DNA from: Mobula birostris
Taxonomy: Eukaryota
Length of the DNA stretch: 64,000 bases
Assembly: GCF_030028105.1 (NCBI RefSeq)
Contig: NC_092376.1
Span: 178,846,080-178,910,079, forward strand
Reading direction: 5' to 3'
Under the pieces are notes generated by a model. The model saw only the letters and a list, made by a program, of their open reading frames with translations. It was not told where the DNA came from and ran no database searches. The translations under genes and the position numbers were made by a program. Shown piece by piece: positions 37,694 to 48,095 of this stretch (positions are counted from its first letter, which is position 1; every line of letters begins with the position of its first letter).

Positions 37694-38086
37694 GTTACAG
37701 TAATCAGTAACATCAACGTATACCCTTTTTGGTTTATAATCTGTGATGTGGTTTATTGGGGTAATATATTTCAGAGCATATTCTCTTTGTGCCACTTTTT
37801 TTTCTCTCTTTCTGTTGACCAGGGATATAGTTGTTATAATGGTCATTGATGAAATTTACATCAACCGAAATCTAACCATCTGACTAGTGGCATCTATAAA
37901 TCTGAAGCGAATATCACTAACTGTCGCTGAATGACTTTTCTCAAATCGGTTGCTATTGAGTCGGTTACGTAATTTATATCATTGCCGTAAGATTCACATG
38001 CCACTTGAAATGGTATATGGAAAAAAAATGATAATATAATGTTGTCATACTGAAATGCACTCCGGATGAAATGCTTCAACTCACAG

Positions 38087-38092
38087 AATAAA
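38087..38092 (+). terminator. Putative poly(A) signal of gene 2
   Basis: AATAAA ~394 bp after the stop, in CAGAATAAAAA context conserved in gene 3 (63132) and, inverted, in gene 1 (16070-16075). Confidence 0.5.
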
Positions 38093-38769
38093 AAGGGAAG
38101 TAAATATGCAGATGTATTCATTTGTGATTGCACAATTAACTGCAGACACTCAGCTGCTAGTTTGGATCTGTGGGCAAAACAGCAGGTCTCTTCGTTTCAC
38201 ATCTGCACTGTTCGTTGGAACAGGTAAAAGGAATACAGAGTTTAACGCTGAGATGACAGAGCCGGCGATTGAGGGATGGATGCAACAAGGGGAAATTACT
38301 GAGATGGCCAGTCCACGGGAGGGACCGAAACAGTTAGGTGAAATAGAGATTTTTTCGGGGGTTTCTGTAGACTGTACTATTAATAACAGAGATTGGGGTT
38401 ACGCCAAGCAGTCGGGAAGGAATCTGTTCTCCATTTACTCTAGTCCCTTCTCCTCTAATTTCGAACAAGAACAGTCTCACTGCTTATTACCTCCCACTCC
38501 ACCAGATCTTAAAGTGCACACAACTTACACCAGTGGCAACAAGATTTCGTTTCTTTCTTTGTTTTTTGGTCTTTCAAAGCAGCGTTGCTACCCTGTCTTC
38601 TTACTCATATTTCTGAGTCCAGTAGCAACTCCACATCTTGACACGCTAGAAAGAAAGACCAGAGATGAAAAGCAGGCCCTTTTAACCTCTTCCCTTGTAA
38701 CTGTTCAGTTCAAAACCCAATGCTTCTCAGGAAGAACTGATTTGAATGTAACACTTCTTATCTAATCCT

Positions 38770-41420
38770 AAAGCACATTGAATTGGATAAACTGCCGTGC
38801 CTTGATCCGGTGTTTTCCAGGATATTCCGGGAAGCTAGGGGGGAATTTTCCAGTGCTTGACACAGATACCTCTACTTCTTTTTTGTCGATTGTGGGGCAC
38901 TGGAAGATATCTAATGGTGTAGGTATATTTAAGAAAGCTTTCAAGAGTAAGTCAGGGGTCTGCAAGCCCGTAAACATAATATTACTAGAGGGACATTTAC
39001 CAGAGGGGTTTCTGAGGGCCAGGATCTGGCAGCAGTCGTATTGTGAAGGACTTAAGGAACAGGTAGCATTGTTGTGAGGGTGCAATGTCGTGTCCTACAA
39101 GATGGACTGAGCGTTTTGAACGGGCAATGAGAAAGACGGTGAAGTCAAGGCAGTAGAAATTATCTACATGAAGTTAACAAGACCCTTAGCAGGCATCTGC
39201 ATGAGCGTCTGGACTGATAGGTTAAATCACTTCGTATCCAGGGCGAGCTAGAAAGCTGGATCCAAATTAAACATTTAGTGGGAGACAAAGGGTGGTAGTG
39301 CAGGCCTATGGCCAATGGTGTGTCAAAGATATCAGTGGTTAATTCATTCTTATTTGCTATTTATATTATCTATTTCCATGAAAATATTATTTACACAGTA
39401 TGTTTGTGGAGAATATCACAGAAGGCAATGCAGTTAACAGTGAATAATATCATTTAAGATAAGTTCAATATTTTCTGGACAAACCGCACTGTGCAAATGA
39501 GCCAAGGAAAGATAGAGGGAAATTAAGTTGGAGAAGTGCGAACTGTTTCATTTTGGTCCGTTAAACCAGGAAGAGGGTACACAGTAAGTTCTACGGCACT
39601 TGACCATCCTACAACAGATACCTAAAGCCGCGGGTTTATTGTTGCCCGAAGGTCGTGGCGGAGTGAGATATGGAAGTGAAGAATGTATTTAACGTAATTA
39701 CTTTCATAAGTCATTCTTTGGATTACTGCAACTGTGGTTAAAACATCACACATTATTCACGTTGACTAACTATCGGAAGGATATCAGTGAGCTGGTCATG
39801 GTTCAGAGATATTTCGCACGGGTGCTGCCAGTAAGACATTCCATACGAACATCAAGATAAAGAGGATAACTGGGAAAAGAGTAGGAACAATGAAGGATCA
39901 GGAGGACAACATTCGCTTTGCTATGGAATAGAAAGCGTGAGTGGGGTTCGTAATGAGTAGTTTGCTTTAGTGTTCACCAAAGGAAAAGGACATGGAAGGC
40001 CAGAAGTGCATAAATATATTAGGACGTTTACAGGTCAGGGAAGCGGAAGCGTTTGTTCTTTTAATGAGTAGTAAGTGGCATCCATCCCCAGATCGTGATT
40101 GGATTTACCCCAGTTTATTGAACGGGTCAACGAACAAAATTCATTGGCTTTGATCAGTACCTTAGTGTCCTTTCTGTGTACAGGCGATGTCCCGGAGGAC
40201 AAACGAGTAGCTAATGTTGTACTTCTATTTAAGTACGGAACAAGGAAAATTCCTGGAAGTTAAAGATCGGCGAAACTCACGTCACTTGTAGGAAAATTGC
40301 TGGGGAAAATTCGTAGGTCTAGTATATGTAAGCCTTTGGAAACCCATGGCCTAATTAGCAAGGCTTTTTGTGCGGCAGGTCCCGTATTACCAACTTGATT
40401 GATGAAGGGAAAACAGTGGATGTTGTTTACATGGATTTTAGTATAGCGTTTGAAACATGTCCCTCACAGGAAGCTAATCCAGTTTAGGATGCATTGGGTC
40501 CGAGGCCAATCGGCTATTTCGATTTGGAACTGTCATACAGATGAAAGCGAGAGGGTAGTCGTCGAAGGGGCTTATTCAAACTGGAGATCTGTACTGGTGT
40601 TCCGCAGGCATCTAAGTCGGGAACTCTGCGGTTTGTGATGTATATAATGAATTGGATGGAAATGTAAATCGGTGGGTTGGTAAATTTGTGGATCATGCTT
40701 GTCTAGATTCGTGGAGTTACGGCAAGACCGTTAAGCGGGTTGCTGAGCTGAGAAGTCACGGGCCCCAAGTTGATAGCGCTGTTAAACACGTCGACAGGTT
40801 GGGCAAGAAGGCTTATAGAATGCTTGTTTCTTTTTCATCGAGGGATTGCGTTCAATAATCAGGGCGTTATGTTCCAACTTTATAAAACTCTAGTTTGGCT
40901 ATATCTGGAGGATTGCACACAATTCTGGTCGCCTCTCTAAAGAAAGGATGTTGAGGCTTTGGAGAGGGTGTAGAAGAGCTATACTAGGATGCTGCCTGGT
41001 TTAGGAGGCATGTGCTCCCATGAGAAGCTGAGCAGACTTGAGTTATTTTCCCTGGAGCGGCTGTTTCTGAGGGCAGATCTGACAGGTTTATAAGATTGTG
41101 ACAGGCATAGGTAGAGCAGACATATAGTATTTTTTTCTCAGGGTAGTAATGTCTAATGTCAGAGGGCACACAATGAAGGTGAGAGGGTGACAGAGGTAGA
41201 TTCAAAGTAGATGACTGGATGGCTGGTATGGTGGTAGAGGCAAATACACTAGGGGCTTTTAGTGGACGTTTGATAGGCACCTAAATATGAGGAACATAGA
41301 GGGATATCGGCATTGTGTAGGTGGGAAGAATTCGCTTTGTGTGATTTCGGTTTAATATTTGTTGTTTCGACACAGCATTCTGATCCGAAGGGCCTGTTGA
41401 TATGCTGCCCTGTTGTATGT
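38770..41420 (+). mobile_element. Series of old, heavily decayed CR1 ORF2 fragments
   Basis: Degenerate DKSPGPD, YRPVSLT, YMDFS and LERVQ-like DNA. The first part is shared with 18060-18380 and 63790-64000. Confidence 0.7.
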
Positions 41421-41824
41421 TTGGTGCTCTATGTTCAGTACTGGAGGGCTGAAGTTATAAGGAGAAGCTGAATGCGCGGGACTTAGTAGGACAGTAGGAC
41501 AGGAGACAGAACGTTAACATTATGAAGGTTTATAAAATCATTGTGGGAATAATCAGGGAGAGCGTATACTTAGGGAAACATTTTAAAGTAGGATTTGATG
41601 ACAACCTTGTTCCATAGTGTGTACCGGATACATGGAAAGAATACTCAAAGGATGTTGTACAACCATGTACAATAGTAGTGTTTACAAGGTATTTGGACGT
41701 AGACATTGAATGGAAAAAGCTGAACAAAAGGGGCCAGACGCTAGGCAAATACGAGCAGCTTAGACAGACATGTTGGTCGGCATGGTCAGCCAAAGGGCTG
41801 ATCGTGGAGGTGTATCACCGATAG

Positions 41825-42120
41825 GCTCCAATGTAATAAATCTGTCTGCGGAATGTGGTAGCTCTACTTTGGTGAAATAGAGGTAGATTGAGTGATAATT
41901 TGCAGAGCTGACGTGGTTTGTTGGCATGAATGAAAGCAAGCTTCTGGTAGCTATCACGTTGATTTGATATCCCGTTATCACCTTGACCTTTCTGACTCTG
42001 CCCTCTAGCACTGTTACAACGATGTAAAGGCAAGGTAACAAAATTGTGCAGCAATAACTCATATCCCAATAGGAAAACTTTCAGCATTGCATTCTGAATT
42101 AAACTTTGGTAATTCTTTCT
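41825..42120 (+). mobile_element. Decayed Penelope-like GIY-YIG endonuclease fragment
   Basis: Frameshifted motifs SNVI..CG..LYFGE..RLSD..FAEL..LLVA resembling CGLLYIGET.RRL.DRF.EH..LPVA.HF. Confidence 0.5.
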
Positions 42121-43630
42121 TGATGTCTGAATCAAGGCTGACCATCCTTGTCTGTCCTTATTTTGGCGTGTTTTCTTCTCTGAATATTTTTTATGACTTA
42201 TGTATTTGAGAAACTTGTCCTTTGGACTACCAGGTCCACAAGGACCTTAATGTTTATATATACTCATCCCACCCCCTTGCATTAATTTCATATCTCTTTA
42301 TCGCATGATCATTCAGCGATTTATAGAATGGCGCTTGAATATTATTACCACCTGCTGTTGACAATTCATCAATAGAACTAGGTTATGAAACTCACAACGC
42401 AAATCTTAGTTAATCCAAGCTCGCATTTTACTGACTACGCACGAACAATAACCCTACTATGTTGACCTCAGGCAGATAATCTTAGAACATGAAATATATT
42501 GTTCACTCTGTACCACTACTCACTCATGTCTCTTTTCCAATGTATAACACCGATATAGGGGAACTCCGTTGGCCAGACGATCAAGCCTTTCCTCTCCCAG
42601 TCCCTGTCATGACCGTTGTTCTTTGCGGTGGCGAATCGTCGAAGATGTTGTTACTTTGTATTCGAAGCCTCTGATTTTATATTAATTCCTTACTAGTTCA
42701 AATGCTGCATTTCTCTGTTATTAGAAATGAGTCATCTGACTGACCTATAACACCTTCTTGGCTCTGCTCCAAGCCAACATCCATTCATTGCCCTCTTCTT
42801 CAAGTGGCTTTTGGTAACTTATGGCTATTAATGGGTCTTTGTTTTAAACCAGTTTCTAAACCAGCGAGAAACTCACATATTTTAGGGCAGACACAGGCCT
42901 GTCCAATTACTATCCTGAGCGTTATATCTAACCAAAGAACACCTCGCAAATAGCTTCTTATAAACTGTATTTGGAATTTATTTCTAGTCCAGCAGATTAC
43001 CTGGAGTATCTTTGTGTTTACTTTAAAATATTGATTCAGCCAAGCAAAACCAGCTCACAAAATGGAGGATGCAGAGGAGCTTCATAAAATGGAAACCTCC
43101 ATTCGTTCGACTTCATGGCAGGAACACAATTGACTTGTTGTATGAAAACTCATTCCTCTTCAGTTTTCAAAGTAAATATAAAAGCTTGATGCAGAAATCT
43201 GTAAACTCATAATACAAAATTGAAGTAATTTAAGGCATTTAAATTTATTGTCCAGAATACAGAGATAATGCAGGGTTTTGACTTAATTGGGAACAAATTG
43301 AACTGGCATTTGGTCAAAATGAACCTGAATAAAGGGACGTTTGTGAGTTTGATGTGTGCATGGTGGTCGTGTTTCTTATCAGACAGGATCTTGCACAATA
43401 TCAGAAAAGAAATAGTGACCAAATATTGTTAAAATGGGCGGGGAATTCCGAAGTATTTATCTTCTAAATTTTCACAGCAGTATTTTGTTATTGTTGATAC
43501 CTCAATAATTCGCATTTCCACTTAACACTTATAACTTATTCAATTAATTTAAGCATTCTTGCTGGTGTCATTTTTGAAGTTTTTCCATTTTAGCACGTTT
43601 TCAATTATAATTGCGCTCATGTTTTAGATT

Positions 43631-44787
43631 GTCAAGTGCGCTGTGAGATAGAAAACAACGCCCACTGTATGCTGCAAACATCGAATCATTATAAATCAAT
43701 TACAAGTGAAAAGCTGTAGCGTGGAATGGTGACTGCGCCTAAAATACTGGTTTCCGCCTGCGATCTGAGGTTAACTTCACTAATAACGAATAAAAACCAT
43801 CGATATAGCTGTTAATGATGTCAGCGATACCTCCCTGCACATTGCTGAGCCCTCCTAAATTATTGTAACTGAAAACAGCATCCTGGCGCTATCATCCTGC
43901 AACTGCCACCCATGCTGATTTGGAGCAGAATTCCACTTCATTCTGGACAATTTCGTGAAAGACCTGCCAGGTTGACTTACCTCAACATTATCTCAATATT
44001 TGCGCGATGGGATCCTTTTAATATGAGGAATTTATCATCTTCCAGATACATGTTCAAGCCTATGAAGCAGGAGTGTCCCCGATGTGGTAATTGTTCGACC
44101 TTTAACACGGAGTGGATCATCGGCAGATGAGATAATTCCCCAGTCAGTGGGTCAGCGGAACGTCGTTACCAAAATCATAGCCATAGATGCAGCTTTTGGA
44201 CGGAACGAGCGGAGCTTTTACCAAATGTTGAAAGCAACTGATGCTAGATTGTTCATCATTGAGCTAACTTCTGGAGAAATCAGAACAGCGCAGAAAACCT
44301 CTGAGGCGGATCCTGCCAGGCAAATTTTGGTCACCTTGGGGAAAGACAAGGGGCAACGACACCTATCCAGCACGGTTACAATTCATATTACAGTTTTGGA
44401 GAATAACACAGGAAAAGTCACGGAAAGTGGTTACTCAGTGAAGAATGCCAAACATTGCTCTGATCATAATCTTTACTTATTAGTTACTTTCAGTTGTATT
44501 TCCACTGTCTTCCTTCAAATTATGAGCTGTTGTTCGGCATCAAGTGTACACAGGACAGAGATATTACCGAAGGATATACTTCCACAGTTACTGTTACACA
44601 CGTCAAGAAATTCAGGACAAGTTTAATTGAAGACCCGCAATGGAGGAAACATTACGCCATTCCGGGACTGGACAGGTAGTCCGCATGCAAGAACTGCCTC
44701 AATGCTCAACTTGTCCCCAGAATCAGCCAAAAGCGATTTCTTCTGATTGAAGCCTTGCGGTCTTCTACCTCTCAGGCCCAATAGTAA
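43631..44787 (+). pseudogene. Protocadherin pseudogene, 3' half (EC4 to stop)
   Basis: Begins GTCAAGTGCGCTGTGAG (QVRCE). The ORF remnant 44084-44626 has EC6 TSGEIRT..LSSTVTIHITVL and a TM. It ends SPESAKSDF..KPCG..SQAQ**. Multiple stops, deletions and frameshifts. Confidence 0.92.
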
Positions 44788-44829
44788 ATTCCGAGGATGT
44801 TTAAGATCAAGAAATGCCCCCCTTAGAGT

Positions 44830-45630
44830 AATAGAGTCAAAGAAAAGTACAACACAGAAACAGGCCATTAGGCCCATCTCATCTGTACCGAGCCATTTAA
44901 AAAACCTTCACCCATCGACAACCACTTGGACTACAACCTGCCATATTCGTGACGTCCATGTACCTATCCAGTCTTCCCTTGAACTTTGAAATCGAGCGGG
45001 CATAATCACTTGTGTTGGGAATCGGTCCACACTCTTACGACCTCTGAGGGAAGAGGTTTTCCCTCATGTTCCCCTTAAATCTTTTACCTTTCACAGTTAA
45101 CCAATGGTCTGTTGTTTTGGTCCCACCCAACTTCACCTGAAAATGCCTGGTTGCATTTACCCAATCTATCCCCCTTATTTTGCTGTATACCTCTATTAAA
45201 TGTCATCCCAATCTTCTAATTTCCAAGGAATGAAATCCTGAGCTATTAAATCTTTCAATATATCTAGGGTCCTACGGACCTGGCAATATCCATGTAAAAT
45301 TTCTCTGTACTCCGTGAATCTTACTTACATCTTTCTGTTGGCAGTTTACCAAAAGCACATTGTACTACATTAGGCCTCAGGAATGCTTATACAACTTCAA
45401 CACCTCCTTTACTCAATAGTTTCTTTATGAAGGTCATAGTGCGATAAGTTTTCTTTTCATCCATATAAACTTGCGATGCCACTTCCCATGAAATATGGAC
45501 TTGTATTTCCAGAATTTTCCACTCATTTTCCCAAATAGTCCAGATCCCACTGCAAGCCACAATAATCTAACTCGCTGCCCACTATTTTCCAAACTTGGTG
45601 TTATTCGCCATTTTCTGATCCAGTTAACCA
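44830..45630 (-). mobile_element. Decayed CR1 3' fragment
   Basis: CR1 3' UTR (ACAACACAGAAACAGGCC) and degenerate RT C-terminal sequence. Confidence 0.65.
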
Positions 45631-46573
45631 CTTTTATAAGACCACAAGATCATAAGACGAAGGATGAGAATTAGGTCATCTGGCACATCGAGTCTGATCC
45701 GCCATTCAATCATATAACCTTATAACCATATAACAATTACAGCACGGAAACAGGCCATCTCGGCCTTTCAAGTCCGTGCCGAACATTTAGACTCTTCTAT
45801 TCCCACCGACCTGCACTCAGCTCATAACCCTCCATTCCTTTCCTGTCTATATAGCTATCCGATGTTACTTTAAATGACAACATCGAACTTGCCTCTTGCA
45901 CTTCTGCTGGAACCTTGCTCCACACAGCGACGATTCTCAGAGTAAAGAAACTCCTCCTCATGTTACCCCTAAAATTTTTCCCCCTAACTCTCAACTCATG
46001 TCCTCTTGCTTGACTCTCCCCTACTTTCAATGGAAAATATCTATCCACGTCAACTCTATGTATCCCCCTCTGTCACAATGACGTGACATTGGGAGCAAAG
46101 GTGGACCCAAATGCAAGACACATCTTGTGAGGTTACTTAGGTTTAGTTTATTGTACGATACCAGGAGAGCTAGGCAGGAGCAGGAGTAGTGAACTGGACA
46201 AGGACTGAGGACTACGACTAGGCTGGGACCAAGGGTCTGGGCTTGGACTCGGAATCGGCTCCCAGAACTAGAGGAGACATGAAGAGGCTAGGGCATGGAC
46301 TCCGAGCCTGAGACTGGGCAAGGACCCAGTACCTGAGTGTTGCCTCAGGCTCGAACCCCAAAACCAGGCATGGACATGACATGAGCTAGGGAGAGGAGGA
46401 ACATGGAAAACAGAGCCTCGGTCTCGGGAGAGCAGGTACACGGAACCATGGACACATACACAGAACACAGAGTCGGGACCCCTCCTTGGGTACAGGACAT
46501 AGGGCCGGGACTCACACACAGAACAGAGAGCCGGGACCCCTCCTTAGGTACAGGATATAGGGCCGGGAATCAT

Positions 46574-46860
46574 GACCCTCCGCGGGGCAACGGCAAGAGG
46601 GCCTGACTTACCCCACGGAGGCGAGGACAAGACACGACAAAACACGACCCCCCGCGGGCCAACGGCAAGACGGCCTCACTTACCCCACAGAGGCCAGGAC
46701 AAGACAAGACAAGACACGACTCCCCGCGGGGCAACGGCAAGACGGCCTGACTTAACCCACTGAGGGAGGACAGGACAAGACAAGACATGACTCCCCGCGG
46801 GGCAACAGCAAGACGGCCTGACTTACCCCACGGAGGCGAGGAGAAGACAAGACAAGACCA
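46574..46860. repeat. 72-bp minisatellite, 4 copies
   Basis: Units start at 46574, 46646, 46718 and 46789 (GACYCCCCGCGGGGCAACGGCAAGACGGCCTGACTTACCCCAC...). Confidence 0.9.
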
Positions 46861-46997
46861 GACAGTACCTATCTAGCTCCGGTGATGGAACTAGACCGAA
46901 GTGCAGGCAGGGGCTGCAGACGAGGTCTAGAGGCGGGAGGGGCAGAGAAGGGATTCAGACGGAGTGGGGAGGGGGGTAGGGCAGGAATTACAGACCC

Positions 46998-47670
46998 CCA
47001 GGGAAAGGACTTGGACGTGGTACTTGAATGCCGCCAGGGAAAGGACTTGGACGTGGTACTTGAATGCCGCCAGGGCCAGGACTTGAACGTAGTACTTGAA
47101 TGCCGCCAGGGCCAGGACTTGGCCGTGGTACTTGAATGCCGCCAGGGCCAAGACTTGGACGTGGTACTTGAATGCCGCCAGGGCCAGGACTTGGACGTGG
47201 ATCTTGAATGCCACCAGGACAAGGACTTGGACGTGGTACTTGAACGCCGCCGGGGAAAGGAGTTGGACGTGGTACCTGAATGCCGCCAGGACCAGGACTT
47301 GGACGTGGTACCTGGATGCCGATGGAGCAAGAATTGGACGTGGTACTTGGCTGCCACCGGAGCCAGGACTTAGACGTGGTACTTGGATGCCGCCGGAACC
47401 AGGACTTGAACATGGTACTTGGATGCCGTCGGAGACAGGACTTGGACGTGGTACTTGGATGCCGCCGGAACCAGGACTTGAACATGGTACTTGGATGCCG
47501 CCGGAGCAAGGACTTGGACTTGGTACTTGGATGCCGCCGGAGCCAGGACTTGGTCGTGGTACTTGGATGCCGTCGGAGACAGGACTTGGACGTGGTACTT
47601 GGATGCCGCTGGAACAAGGACGTGGGCGTGGTACTTGGATGCCGCCGGAGCCAGGACATGGTACTTGGAA
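46998..47670. repeat. 36-bp minisatellite, ~18 copies, two subtypes
   Basis: Core AGGACTTGGACGTGGTACTTG(A/G)ATGCCGCC; 12-aa periodic translations (QGQDLDVVLECR, then SQDLDVVLGCRR). Confidence 0.93.
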
Positions 47671-48095
47671 CCTCCGCGTAGTGCCGAGCTCTCGACTCGG
47701 CCCGGGAACAGTAGACAGAGGCTCTTGATTCTCTCCGGCGGGTTAACTGACGGACCCACCTTGATGATGAAACTTTGCAGGTTTGCTTCGGCGAGGTAAC
47801 TGGACAGGGTTGCTCCGCTGAGGAAAGGCGAATTACCGGCACTCGCTTCGGGCGGAGACGAGGCTTGCGCCGGCCAGATGACATTGGCACGCCGTGACTT
47901 TGCAGACGCTCCAGCACCGAACGGCTGAAAGCCGGAGACTATAAACTACAATTTCATCCGAGTGTTAAATGTCTCTAATCATCAAAGTCGAGGGACAGGG
48001 GAAAACAGGGAATCAACAGTCCGGATCGTAAAATAAAGAAGTTAAATTTATAGGGGTCCCAATCCGGACCATGACACCCTCATAATTTTAAATAC

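Larger units (their letters stand above)
46071..48076 (-). mobile_element. Solo LTR-like element (2006 bp) with internal minisatellites
   Basis: TGTCA...TGACA termini; 5-bp TSD CCCTC at 46066-46070 and 48077-48081; AATAAA on the minus strand at 46147-46152. Confidence 0.85.
45713..48095 (-). mobile_element. CR1 3' fragment hosting the solo LTR and the Gypsy insertion
   Basis: (ATAACC)-like tail at 45713-45735; RGHELRVRG..FFTLRIVAVW; host sequence TATCCCCCTC|...|CCCTCATAATTTTAAATAC continues across the LTR. Confidence 0.8.

Noticed and set aside
38106-38765. 219-aa ORF after gene 2
   Set aside because: No recognisable domain; the homologous flanks of genes 1 and 3 do not keep the frame.
44084-44626. 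180-aa cadherin ORF as a functional short isoform
   Set aside because: Non-ATG start, no signal peptide or promoter, degenerate calcium motifs and a frameshift in the TM; pseudogene remnant.
46998-47670. 36-bp repeat array as a CRISPR array or a repeat-protein gene
   Set aside because: Units are contiguous with no unique spacers, no cas genes are present and the context is vertebrate. Overlapping ORFs in many frames reflect a stop-poor 36-bp unit inside an LTR.
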